From assembly GCA_964469785.1 (NCBI GenBank), contig CAYXYT010000002.1, positions 1 through 32,625 of the forward strand: a stretch of 32,625 nt of DNA, read 5' to 3'. Below, in pieces: positions 7,829-14,791 of the stretch. The stretch is from Candidatus Woesearchaeota archaeon. GTDB taxonomy: Archaea; Nanobdellota; Nanobdellia; Pacearchaeales; GW2011-AR1. The number at the start of each line of letters is the position of its first letter. Position 1 is the stretch's first letter. The notes under the pieces were generated by a model. It was not told where the DNA came from, searched no databases, and saw nothing but the letters and a program-made list of their open reading frames with translations. The translations under genes and the position numbers were made by a program.

Positions 7829-9127
7829 TTATCTTTGTTTTTTTGTTTTTCTTTTCTTACTCTGTTTTTGGGCTCTCTGTTCTTGAAAGCTTTTTCTTAC
7901 AAAATAACTAATTGGATTTTTAGTGCGCAACTCTTGTTCTGTCGGGATTATTCCAATACCTTTATAATAATCTTTATCAAAGTTTGGCGGGGGAACAACC
8001 TTATTTCTATAACTCCAGGTGAGCTGGGATTTAATATATCCTTGTTTTAAAGCCACCTCGTTTTTTTTATTCCAGTATTCAATCCTCTGCTCCAGCTCTT
8101 TTCTCTCTATTCCTATTGAGCGGAAGAAATTTATTAAAATAAATAAAGCTCTTTTTCTTCCGTCCTGCATTCCTTGTAAAATCTTTTGTATTGACGGAGG
8201 AAAATTTTTGTCAGAAATTTTACTTAATTTAATTGGCTTAAAATCACCAGTATCTTTTGGGGTTTTTTCAATATCTCCATAATACTCTTTATACCAGTCA
8301 AGAGCCTGCATTAAAAGTTCACGAGCTTCTCCCTGTTCCACAGCTGGTAAAAAATCTCTAACCCTGGCTTTCATTGGGTCTGCGTCTGTCAGGTCAAATC
8401 CCGGAATCTCGTCTGGTTTTAAAACAACACTTGCCAGCGCTGTTTTCTCGTGGAGAGCATATGGCATTCTGAATAAGTGCCTTGAAGAAACAAGAATAAG
8501 GTCTGGCATAACTTGTTTTGGCGCTTCAAAATCCTTAATATACCTGCTTGGTTTTGTTAGGGCGGTAATCTTGTCTATAAGCTTTTCTTTAATTGCTTCT
8601 GTAATGTATTGTGTAATTATCCTCGGCCATTCTGGAAACATGTCTTTTGTTTTAACTTCTCCAATCCTCTCTGGAAAAGCTTTCCAAGGCACAATAATAT
8701 GAAATCCCTTGCTTCCAGAAAACTTTATCCCGATATTTTTTATCCCGTGAAATTTAAAGATTTTTATGATTTCTTGTGCCAGTATTTTACTATAATCTAT
8801 ATATTTGCTGTCAATGTCAAGTAAAAGGTCCCATCCTATTCTCAAATTATCAAGCTGCTTTTCATTCATATCAACAGAAACTTTCAGCACATCTTCCCAG
8901 AGTTCTTCTGAGCAGTGAAAAGAGGTCGCCCCTTTTTTTACTAATTCAAATATATCTCCTACATACTGAAAAGAATCAGGGCGCTTGCCAAAACCATCAA
9001 AATACCTTGGAACAATCTCTCTATTTTTTGAAAACTCAAAAAGAGCTTTTTGTATGTCTGGACGTGAGTAATAAAGTCTTGTTATTTTTCTGATTCTTTG
9101 CTCTCTAATACCTTGTTTTTCATTCAT
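7829..9127 (-). CDS. priS: Archaeo-eukaryotic DNA primase, single-chain PriS catalytic domain fused to a PriL-C-terminal-like helical domain
   Basis: AEP motifs are present: DLLLDIDSK (DxD), SGSKGFHIIVPW, LFRMPYALHEKT. The C-terminal part FPPSIQKILQGMQDGRKRALFILINFF...VVPPPNFDKDYY resembles the PriL-CTD 'FPPC...' region with the cysteines replaced. There is only one Cys in 432 aa. Confidence 0.85.
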   Translation of the reverse strand: MNEKQGIREQRIRKITRLYYSRPDIQKALFEFSKNREIVPRYFDGFGKRPDSFQYVGDIFELVKKGATSFHCSEELWEDVLKVSVDMNEKQLDNLRIGWDLLLDIDSKYIDYSKILAQEIIKIFKFHGIKNIGIKFSGSKGFHIIVPWKAFPERIGEVKTKDMFPEWPRIITQYITEAIKEKLIDKITALTKPSRYIKDFEAPKQVMPDLILVSSRHLFRMPYALHEKTALASVVLKPDEIPGFDLTDADPMKARVRDFLPAVEQGEARELLMQALDWYKEYYGDIEKTPKDTGDFKPIKLSKISDKNFPPSIQKILQGMQDGRKRALFILINFFRSIGIERKELEQRIEYWNKKNEVALKQGYIKSQLTWSYRNKVVPPPNFDKDYYKGIGIIPTEQELRTKNPISYFVRKSFQEQRAQKQSKKRKTKKQR

Positions 9128-9149
9128 ATCAAAAAGAAAACAGAAAGAG

Positions 9150-9157
9150 TTTATATG
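9150..9157 (-). promoter_or_regulatory. Candidate TATA box for the primase gene (leaderless-type spacing)
   Basis: Plus strand reads TTTATATG, giving CATATAAA on the coding strand, 22 nt upstream of ATG 9127. Confidence 0.3.
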
Positions 9158-9373
9158 ATTTGTTATGAAAAATTTTGCTGAAATCTTTTTTAGAAGAGGT
9201 GTTTAGCAATTAAAGAATTATAGGAAGATTTTGAGTCTAATTCATAAGGAACTCGCTGGCAGACTTGCTCCCTGGGTAATTAAATTATCCTATACTTTAT
9301 AATAACAATTTTTAAAAGGAAGATATGTCTGGTTATGTTCAACTAAAGACCAAAACTAAAAGTTAAAAATAAA

Positions 9374-10099
9374 ATGCTTGTTAAACTGGAAAACCCAGGT
9401 CTTCTTACAAAAGTAATTGAAATTATCTCTGATTTAGTTACAGAAGTTAGAATAAAAATCAGTGATATCGGCCTTAGCATAGTTGCAAGGGATCCTGCAA
9501 ATGTTTCTATGATTGGGTTTTGGCTGCCAAAAACAAGTTTCTCCCGGTTTGAAGCTGGCGAAGAGGTTTTGGGAGTTAATCTAGAAAATTTAAAAAGGAT
9601 TTTAAAAAGAGCTGGTCCTGGAAGCTCTCTGGTCTTGGAAAAAAAAGATAATTTGTTAGAAATTCAAATTCAAGACAGGATAAGAAGAAATTTCACTCTA
9701 AGTTTAATTGATATAGATACAGAGGAAAAAGATATGCCAGAGCTTGAGTTTAGTTCAAAAGTGGAGCTGAATTCAATTGACCTTGTTGCAGCTGTTGAAG
9801 ATTGTGCTGTTGTTGCAGATGCTTGCTCATTTATAATTCAGGAAGGCAGGTTTATAATTGAGGCTCGGGGCTTGAATTCAGCTATGTCTGAATTCTCAGG
9901 AGATGAAGCAAGAATACAAGCAGAAAACTGCAAAGCAAAATACAGCCTTGAGTATCTTCAGAAATTCGTAAAAGCTTCAAAGCTTTCTGAAAAAACAATT
10001 TTAAGGTTTGCAGAAGATCATCCTCTAAGAATAGATATTAAATCTCCTGAAATAGAGTTAAGTTTTATTCTCGCACCAAGAGTTGAGACCGAGGACTAG
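9374..10099 (+). CDS. pcn: DNA polymerase sliding clamp PCNA
   Basis: 241 aa. Typical archaeal PCNA length and pattern (MLVKLENPGLLTKVIEIISDLVTEV...GLSIVARDPANVSM...YSLEYLQKF...LSFILAPRVE). Divergent from the primase gene. Confidence 0.9.
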   Translation: MLVKLENPGLLTKVIEIISDLVTEVRIKISDIGLSIVARDPANVSMIGFWLPKTSFSRFEAGEEVLGVNLENLKRILKRAGPGSSLVLEKKDNLLEIQIQDRIRRNFTLSLIDIDTEEKDMPELEFSSKVELNSIDLVAAVEDCAVVADACSFIIQEGRFIIEARGLNSAMSEFSGDEARIQAENCKAKYSLEYLQKFVKASKLSEKTILRFAEDHPLRIDIKSPEIELSFILAPRVETED

Positions 10100-10375
10100 T
10101 GATTTAGTAATTAGAATGTATTAAGGGAAATCGCTGGTCTGAGTAGAGGATTAGCGCGAAGACAAAACTAGTAATTAATAACGAGCGCTGGTCTGAGTAG
10201 AGGACTAGTGATTTAGTAATTAGAATGTATTAAGGGAAATCACTGGTCTGAGTAGGGGATTAGCGCGAAGACAAAACTACTAATTAATAACGAGCGCTGG
10301 TCTGAGTAGAGGACTAGTGATTTAGTAACTGAGAGATATTAATAAAAATCACTGGTCTGAGTAGAGGGCTGGTGG
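10093..10375 (+). repeat. 109-bp tandem repeat, about 2.6 copies, starting inside the PCNA stop codon region. It holds five direct copies of the core CTGGTCTGAGTAG and three conserved hairpins
   Basis: Unit starts at 10093, 10202 and 10311. Copies 1 and 2 differ at 3 positions; copy 3 is degenerate. Cores start at 10134, 10188, 10243, 10297 and 10352 (54-55 bp spacing). Hairpins lie at 10093-10140, 10202-10249 and 10311-10358: a 13-bp stem GGACTAGTGATTT / AAATC[G/A]CTGGTCT with a 22-nt loop. Confidence 0.9.
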
Positions 10376-10467
10376 TTTATTAACACAGATTATCCAAATC
10401 TGATTATTTCTAAGCTATGTTTCATAAAAGCTAAGGACTAAATACAAAATTAATTATTCTAACAAAA

Positions 10468-10475
10468 TTTATAAA
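10468..10475 (+). promoter_or_regulatory. Candidate TATA box for the pilin-like gene cluster starting at 10497
   Basis: TTTATAAA, 21 nt upstream of ATG 10497. Confidence 0.4.
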
Positions 10476-10496
10476 CAAAAATATCGTATATAATTC

Positions 10497-11252
10497 ATGA
10501 TGAATAAAAGAGGTCAGGTGACTATTTTCATTATTATTGCAGTGATTGTTGTTGGTGCGGCAGCCTTATTTTATATGCTCTCTCCAAAACTTGGAATTGA
10601 TTTAACAGGTAGAGTAAAAAATCCGCAGGATTTTATTAGAACATGTGTTGAAGAAGATTTAGAAGAGATTGTAGAGAGTGTTTCTTTACAAGGGGGAAGT
10701 TTAAATCCAGAACATTATTTCACATATAACAATATTAGAATAGAATACTTATGCTATATAAATCAGTATTATGCTCCGTGCATAATTCAGCAACCATTAT
10801 TGAAACAACACATTGAAGAAGAAATAAATACCGGAATTGAAAATATAGTAGATAATTGCTTTAATGCTTTAAAAGAGAGTTACGAAGATAAAGGATATGA
10901 TGTGGTTATAAGACCTGATGGAAAAAGAACAGAGCTGCTTCCAAAAAGAATTATTTTAGAAATGGGTTACAGTGTTATTTTAACAAAAGATGAATCTGAA
11001 GAGTATACTAAGTTCAATATAATTCTGAACAATAATCTTTATGAATTAATAGCTATTGCTAATAGTATATTAGAATGGGAGACAACATATGGTGACGCAG
11101 ACCCAACAATTTACATGACTTATTATCCTGATTTAAAAGTTGAGAAAAACCTTCGTGATGATGGAACAACAATTTATATATTAACAGACAGGCCGAGTGG
11201 AGATAAATTCCAGTTTGCTTCAAGAAGTGTGGCATGGCCAGCTGGTTATTAA
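10497..11252 (+). CDS. Class III signal peptide (type IV pilin-like) protein, paralog of the 1..609 product
   Basis: N-terminus MMNKRGQVTIFIIIAVIVVGAAALFYM: a short basic stretch, then [KR]G followed by Q, then a hydrophobic helix, as in archaeal prepilins. 251 aa. Confidence 0.7.
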   Translation: MMNKRGQVTIFIIIAVIVVGAAALFYMLSPKLGIDLTGRVKNPQDFIRTCVEEDLEEIVESVSLQGGSLNPEHYFTYNNIRIEYLCYINQYYAPCIIQQPLLKQHIEEEINTGIENIVDNCFNALKESYEDKGYDVVIRPDGKRTELLPKRIILEMGYSVILTKDESEEYTKFNIILNNNLYELIAIANSILEWETTYGDADPTIYMTYYPDLKVEKNLRDDGTTIYILTDRPSGDKFQFASRSVAWPAGY

Positions 11253-11253
11253 A

Positions 11254-11646
11254 ATGAGAAGAAAAATAATCACAAAAATAGAAAATTTATATAAAATTGT
11301 AAGAGAAATTTCTAAAAGAGAAAATGTTGCAGGGGTTTATTTATTTGGAAGTCATGCTACTAGAAAAAACAATGCTCTTTCAGATATAGATTTATGCGTA
11401 ATTGGTAATTTAAAAAATAAGGAAAAAACAGATATCTTAGGCTATACAACAGATAATTTAGATATTTCTTTCTTTAATGATTTACCGATTTGGATTAAAA
11501 TAAGAGTCCTAAAACAGGGTAGAGCTTTAATTGTTAAAGATAAAGAGTTTATTGATAAAATTAAGATAAATATTGCAAGAAAATATTTAGACTTTAAATA
11601 TATACTTAATCGATATTGCCTGGAGGTTTTGGGATGTACGATATAG
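11254..11646 (+). CDS. mntA: Minimal nucleotidyltransferase (MNT / MntA-like antitoxin)
   Basis: GS-x(9)-SDIDL signature (LFGSHATRKNNALSDIDLCV, nt 11347-11393). About 130 aa. I use the in-frame ATG at 11254, 1 nt after the upstream stop, instead of 11197, which would overlap the previous gene by 56 nt. Confidence 0.8.
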   Translation: MRRKIITKIENLYKIVREISKRENVAGVYLFGSHATRKNNALSDIDLCVIGNLKNKEKTDILGYTTDNLDISFFNDLPIWIKIRVLKQGRALIVKDKEFIDKIKINIARKYLDFKYILNRYCLEVLGCTI

Positions 11647-12050
11647 AAAGAATTACAAAAATAATAAAAGACATTGAAAAATATCAACGAGAATTAAAAG
11701 AGGTTAATGTAAATTCTATAAAAGATTTGGAAGATGGCACTAAACTCCACGCATCTTCTATGTTATGCTTTTCAATACTTAACAGGGTAATTGATTTGGG
11801 GCAAGAAATTTTAGTCAAAGAAGATTATGGAATGCCCTCAAGATATTCAGAGATTTTTGATAATTTAGTAAAAGCCGGGTTGTTAAATAAAAAAGAAACA
11901 GAAGAACTAAATGAATTAATTGGTCTTAGAAATATAATTGCTCATACTTACTTTGAGATAAGTAAAAAAGATATTTTCAAAATAATTAAGAAATTATCTT
12001 TGATTAATAATTTTGTTGAAAAAATAAAAAAGAGGATTAAAAATGGCTAG
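11634..12050 (+). CDS. hepT: HEPN-domain (DUF86-type, HepT-like) putative RNase toxin
   Basis: Rx4H motif RNIIAH at nt 11928-11945. About 138 aa. ATG 11634 lies 6 nt downstream of GGAGGT (11622-11627) and overlaps the MNT gene's 3' end by 13 nt, the typical MNT-HEPN pair architecture. Confidence 0.8.
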   Translation: MYDIERITKIIKDIEKYQRELKEVNVNSIKDLEDGTKLHASSMLCFSILNRVIDLGQEILVKEDYGMPSRYSEIFDNLVKAGLLNKKETEELNELIGLRNIIAHTYFEISKKDIFKIIKKLSLINNFVEKIKKRIKNG

Positions 12051-12165
12051 ACAAACAACAAAATTGGGAGGAAAAAGAGATTGGGTATTTTGGATTTTAT
12101 TAGTAATCCTCGTACTTGGACTTATACTATTAATTAAAATTTTAATTGCTGGGGGATTAGGATGA
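12043..12165 (+). CDS. Possible 40-aa single-pass membrane micro-protein (below ORF-track cutoff)
   Basis: My translation: MARQTTKLGGKRDWVFWILLVILVLGLILLIKILIAGGLG. Its ATG overlaps the HEPN stop by 8 nt, and its TGA overlaps the ATG of the next gene (ATGA). A GAGGA lies 8 nt upstream. Confidence 0.4.
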   Translation: MARQTTKLGGKRDWVFWILLVILVLGLILLIKILIAGGLG

Positions 12166-13934
12166 TGAATAAAAAACTTTTGTTAATTATGTTTGGGGTT
12201 TTTCTAGCTGTGTTTTTAACAGGCATCGCAAGTGCTGTTTGTTGTGAAAAAACCGACGCTGGAGCATGGTGTCAGGATGTTATTGATGAAGCAAATTGTG
12301 ATGATGGTTTTAGAACTGAACCCACTGCTTGTTTGTCAACAACTTATTGCAGCGAAGGAACGTGTGTTAATCGTCATACAGGAGAGTGTCTACCAAGCCC
12401 ACAATCAACATGTGACCCGACAATGGGGGGTTATTGGTATGATAAGGATTCTGATGAGGTTGATGAGTGCCAGTTAGGGTGTTGTTTGGTTGGAGATGGT
12501 GCTGCTCTTGTCTCGAGAGTTAGGTGCGATAAGATGGCTTCTGATTATAATTTAGAAGTTCATGATTTTAGAGAAGATGTTCAAGAGTCATTCGAATGTT
12601 CAATGATGGCGAGTCCTGAAGCAAAAGGCGCCTGTGTTACTAGCATAGAAAGGAGAAGAGATTGTGACATGACAACAAGGCAGGAGTGCCAAGATGCAAC
12701 TGGTGAATTTCACGAGGGCTTTTTATGCACAGCTCCTGAACTAGGGACAATCTGCGCAATGACAAGGCAAACTACTTGTGCTGAAGGAGAAATTGAAGTT
12801 TATTTTAAAGATTCTTGTGGAAACAATGCAAATATTTATGATGCTAGTTTAGTTGATGATACTAATTACTGGACATATATTAAAGACCCATCAGATTCTG
12901 ATGAAACCTGTGGTGTTGGATACTCAAATGCAAATTCAAAAACATGTGGAAATTGTAATTATATTTTTGGAAGTATTTGTGGAGCTTATAGATTAGGAGT
13001 AGATGTAAAACCAGATCACGGTGATTTTGTGTGCAGAGATTTAAAATGTAAATCAGGAAATCTTGCTGAAAAATTTAAGCAAGATTACGAAAGGTGGCCA
13101 GAACATGGTGAAGCATGGTGCTCTTATTCAACAGGAAAACCTTATGACGATTTTGGAAATTTTGAAGATGCAAAGCCAGGACAACTATCTTCCCGACTTT
13201 ATTGCTACAATGGAGAGGTTCAGGGAAATTTGTGTGATAACTTTAGAAACACCCTTTGCATGAAAAATACAACAACAGGGGCTGCTGCCTGCGTTCCAAA
13301 TAGATGGCAAACATGTTTTGGTCAGAATAATACAGATGATTGTGAAAATGAAGATAAGAGAGACTGCAAAGTTGTAAATAACCCAAATTATAAAGTTAGT
13401 CTTAGAAGAGATTCTGAAACAGGATATGAGGAATTATATTTTGGAGATAGTGATACTGGAAAAAAAATAAGGGCGTTTTGTGTTCCAAAATATCCGCCAG
13501 CACTTAATTTCTGGGACCCTCAAGCAGATATCCCTGTCACTGAATTAGAAGAAAATGTAGATACTCAAGAAAAACTATGTAATCTTGCAAATACCTTTTG
13601 TCCTGCTATGTACACTAAAGAAGTCGCGAAGGAAAATTGGGATGCTTGGGAACCTAAATCTGGGGAACTTATTGATGGTGAATGGTATGATTTAGATGTA
13701 TATGGAGATTTATATGACGATGGGACGAGATCTTATTGTTTTAAAGGAAAAGATAATGTTGGAAAAAGCTTGCCTGAAAAAATGCCTGTAAAAGAAAACT
13801 GGATAAAAGGCGCTCAAAATTATTGCTTGCCTATAGGGGATTGTGGTGTAAAATCAAATTATTGGGGTTATGAAGGTTATAATAAATGGAAACATCTCTT
13901 TACCGGAGATTATAAGGAGAGTAGTCTGCCATAA
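12162..13934 (+). CDS. Secreted, extremely cysteine-rich 590-aa protein, function unknown
   Basis: Signal peptide MMNKKLLLIMFGVFLAVFLTGIASA. About 40 Cys by hand count, spread over the whole length (VCCEKTDAGAWCQD...CSEGTCVN...). No TM anchor at the C-terminus. Confidence 0.8.
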   Translation: MMNKKLLLIMFGVFLAVFLTGIASAVCCEKTDAGAWCQDVIDEANCDDGFRTEPTACLSTTYCSEGTCVNRHTGECLPSPQSTCDPTMGGYWYDKDSDEVDECQLGCCLVGDGAALVSRVRCDKMASDYNLEVHDFREDVQESFECSMMASPEAKGACVTSIERRRDCDMTTRQECQDATGEFHEGFLCTAPELGTICAMTRQTTCAEGEIEVYFKDSCGNNANIYDASLVDDTNYWTYIKDPSDSDETCGVGYSNANSKTCGNCNYIFGSICGAYRLGVDVKPDHGDFVCRDLKCKSGNLAEKFKQDYERWPEHGEAWCSYSTGKPYDDFGNFEDAKPGQLSSRLYCYNGEVQGNLCDNFRNTLCMKNTTTGAAACVPNRWQTCFGQNNTDDCENEDKRDCKVVNNPNYKVSLRRDSETGYEELYFGDSDTGKKIRAFCVPKYPPALNFWDPQADIPVTELEENVDTQEKLCNLANTFCPAMYTKEVAKENWDAWEPKSGELIDGEWYDLDVYGDLYDDGTRSYCFKGKDNVGKSLPEKMPVKENWIKGAQNYCLPIGDCGVKSNYWGYEGYNKWKHLFTGDYKESSLP

Positions 13935-13942
13935 TTTAGAAA

Positions 13943-14791
13943 ATGAAAACATTAGGAAATGCATTAAGAAAAATTGGAATGGGGGGGCTTGGAATAAGCT
14001 TAGCAGGACTTTTATCTCTCGGTTCTGAGTCATGCACTCCTGCCCAGCAAAAAGTAGTTGCAGGAGATGTGATAATGGAAGAAGCAAAAACACCAGAACA
14101 ATTGATGGCAGGATATCTTTTGAAAACTATCGGAACAATGGAGCATGATATAGAAGTTGCAGAAGCTGGAAAAGATGAGATTAATATTAATATTGAGAGA
14201 GCTATACCAGGAGAGAGAAGCACTAGATATGAAAATTTAATTTATCGTGGGAACAATCAGTATAGTCCTGCAAAAGGACATAAAGGGGTGACTAGCGATG
14301 CAAGAGATGTAGATGTTTGGCCAATTAAAAAAAGGGTGGATGAATATGATTTTGGTCAGAGAGTAATTGGAAAATGGATAGCCCTTCCGCTGAATTTTAC
14401 ATGTAAGGGTTTTAAAGATTATAATGGAGATGGATATATTGGTAAAGATGAACTAATTGGTTTAAAAAATTATTTTCCTTGCAAAGCTCTAGGAGATACA
14501 ACCAGGGTATTGTGTGGTTCTTCATGGACGAATGTAAAAGGTAAAAAAATTATTGGGAAACTTAGCAAGACAAATACCGGAGAAATATTAATGATAGATA
14601 ACAACGATGATGGGATGTGGCTGGAAGGAAGAGCAAGATGGATGCGTGCTAATTTTTATAAGGGAAAAGATATTCACGGAATAAAAAGTTATACTGTTGA
14701 ATGGTTTGTTGATGGAAGATTAATTCCCACTAGAACGATTAATTTTTTTGTAGATTATGGAGAAAAAATTGAAAATGAAAACCAAGAATAA
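13943..14791 (+). CDS. Secreted/lipoprotein-like protein with one canonical EF-hand Ca-binding loop
   Basis: N-terminus MKTLGNALRKIGMGGLGISLAGLLSLGSESC (lipobox-like Cys). DYNGDGYIGKDE at nt 14417-14452 fits DxNxDGxIxxxE. Confidence 0.7.
   Translation: MKTLGNALRKIGMGGLGISLAGLLSLGSESCTPAQQKVVAGDVIMEEAKTPEQLMAGYLLKTIGTMEHDIEVAEAGKDEININIERAIPGERSTRYENLIYRGNNQYSPAKGHKGVTSDARDVDVWPIKKRVDEYDFGQRVIGKWIALPLNFTCKGFKDYNGDGYIGKDELIGLKNYFPCKALGDTTRVLCGSSWTNVKGKKIIGKLSKTNTGEILMIDNNDDGMWLEGRARWMRANFYKGKDIHGIKSYTVEWFVDGRLIPTRTINFFVDYGEKIENENQE

Noticed and set aside
10093-10375. A CRISPR array was considered: ~24-bp repeats (CGCTGGTCTGAGTAGAGGAYTAG) spaced about 30 bp apart.
   Set aside because: The 'spacers' alternate between only two sequences that are themselves repeated, so this is a 109-bp tandem duplication. 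All copies are few and degenerate at one end, and no cas genes are in the window.
10376-10496. A replication origin (repeats plus an AT-rich stretch near the primase and PCNA genes) was considered.
   Set aside because: It is not rejected outright but is not reported as a feature. The five core repeats are all in direct orientation, unlike ORB elements that flank a DUE in inverted orientation. No orc1/cdc6 gene is adjacent, and the AT-rich stretch also serves as an ordinary promoter region. It is kept only as an alternative inside the repeat finding.
11197-11253. The ORF-track start of the MNT gene at 11197 was considered.
   Set aside because: It would overlap the preceding gene by 56 nt. The in-frame ATG at 11254 gives the normal MNT length and N-terminus.
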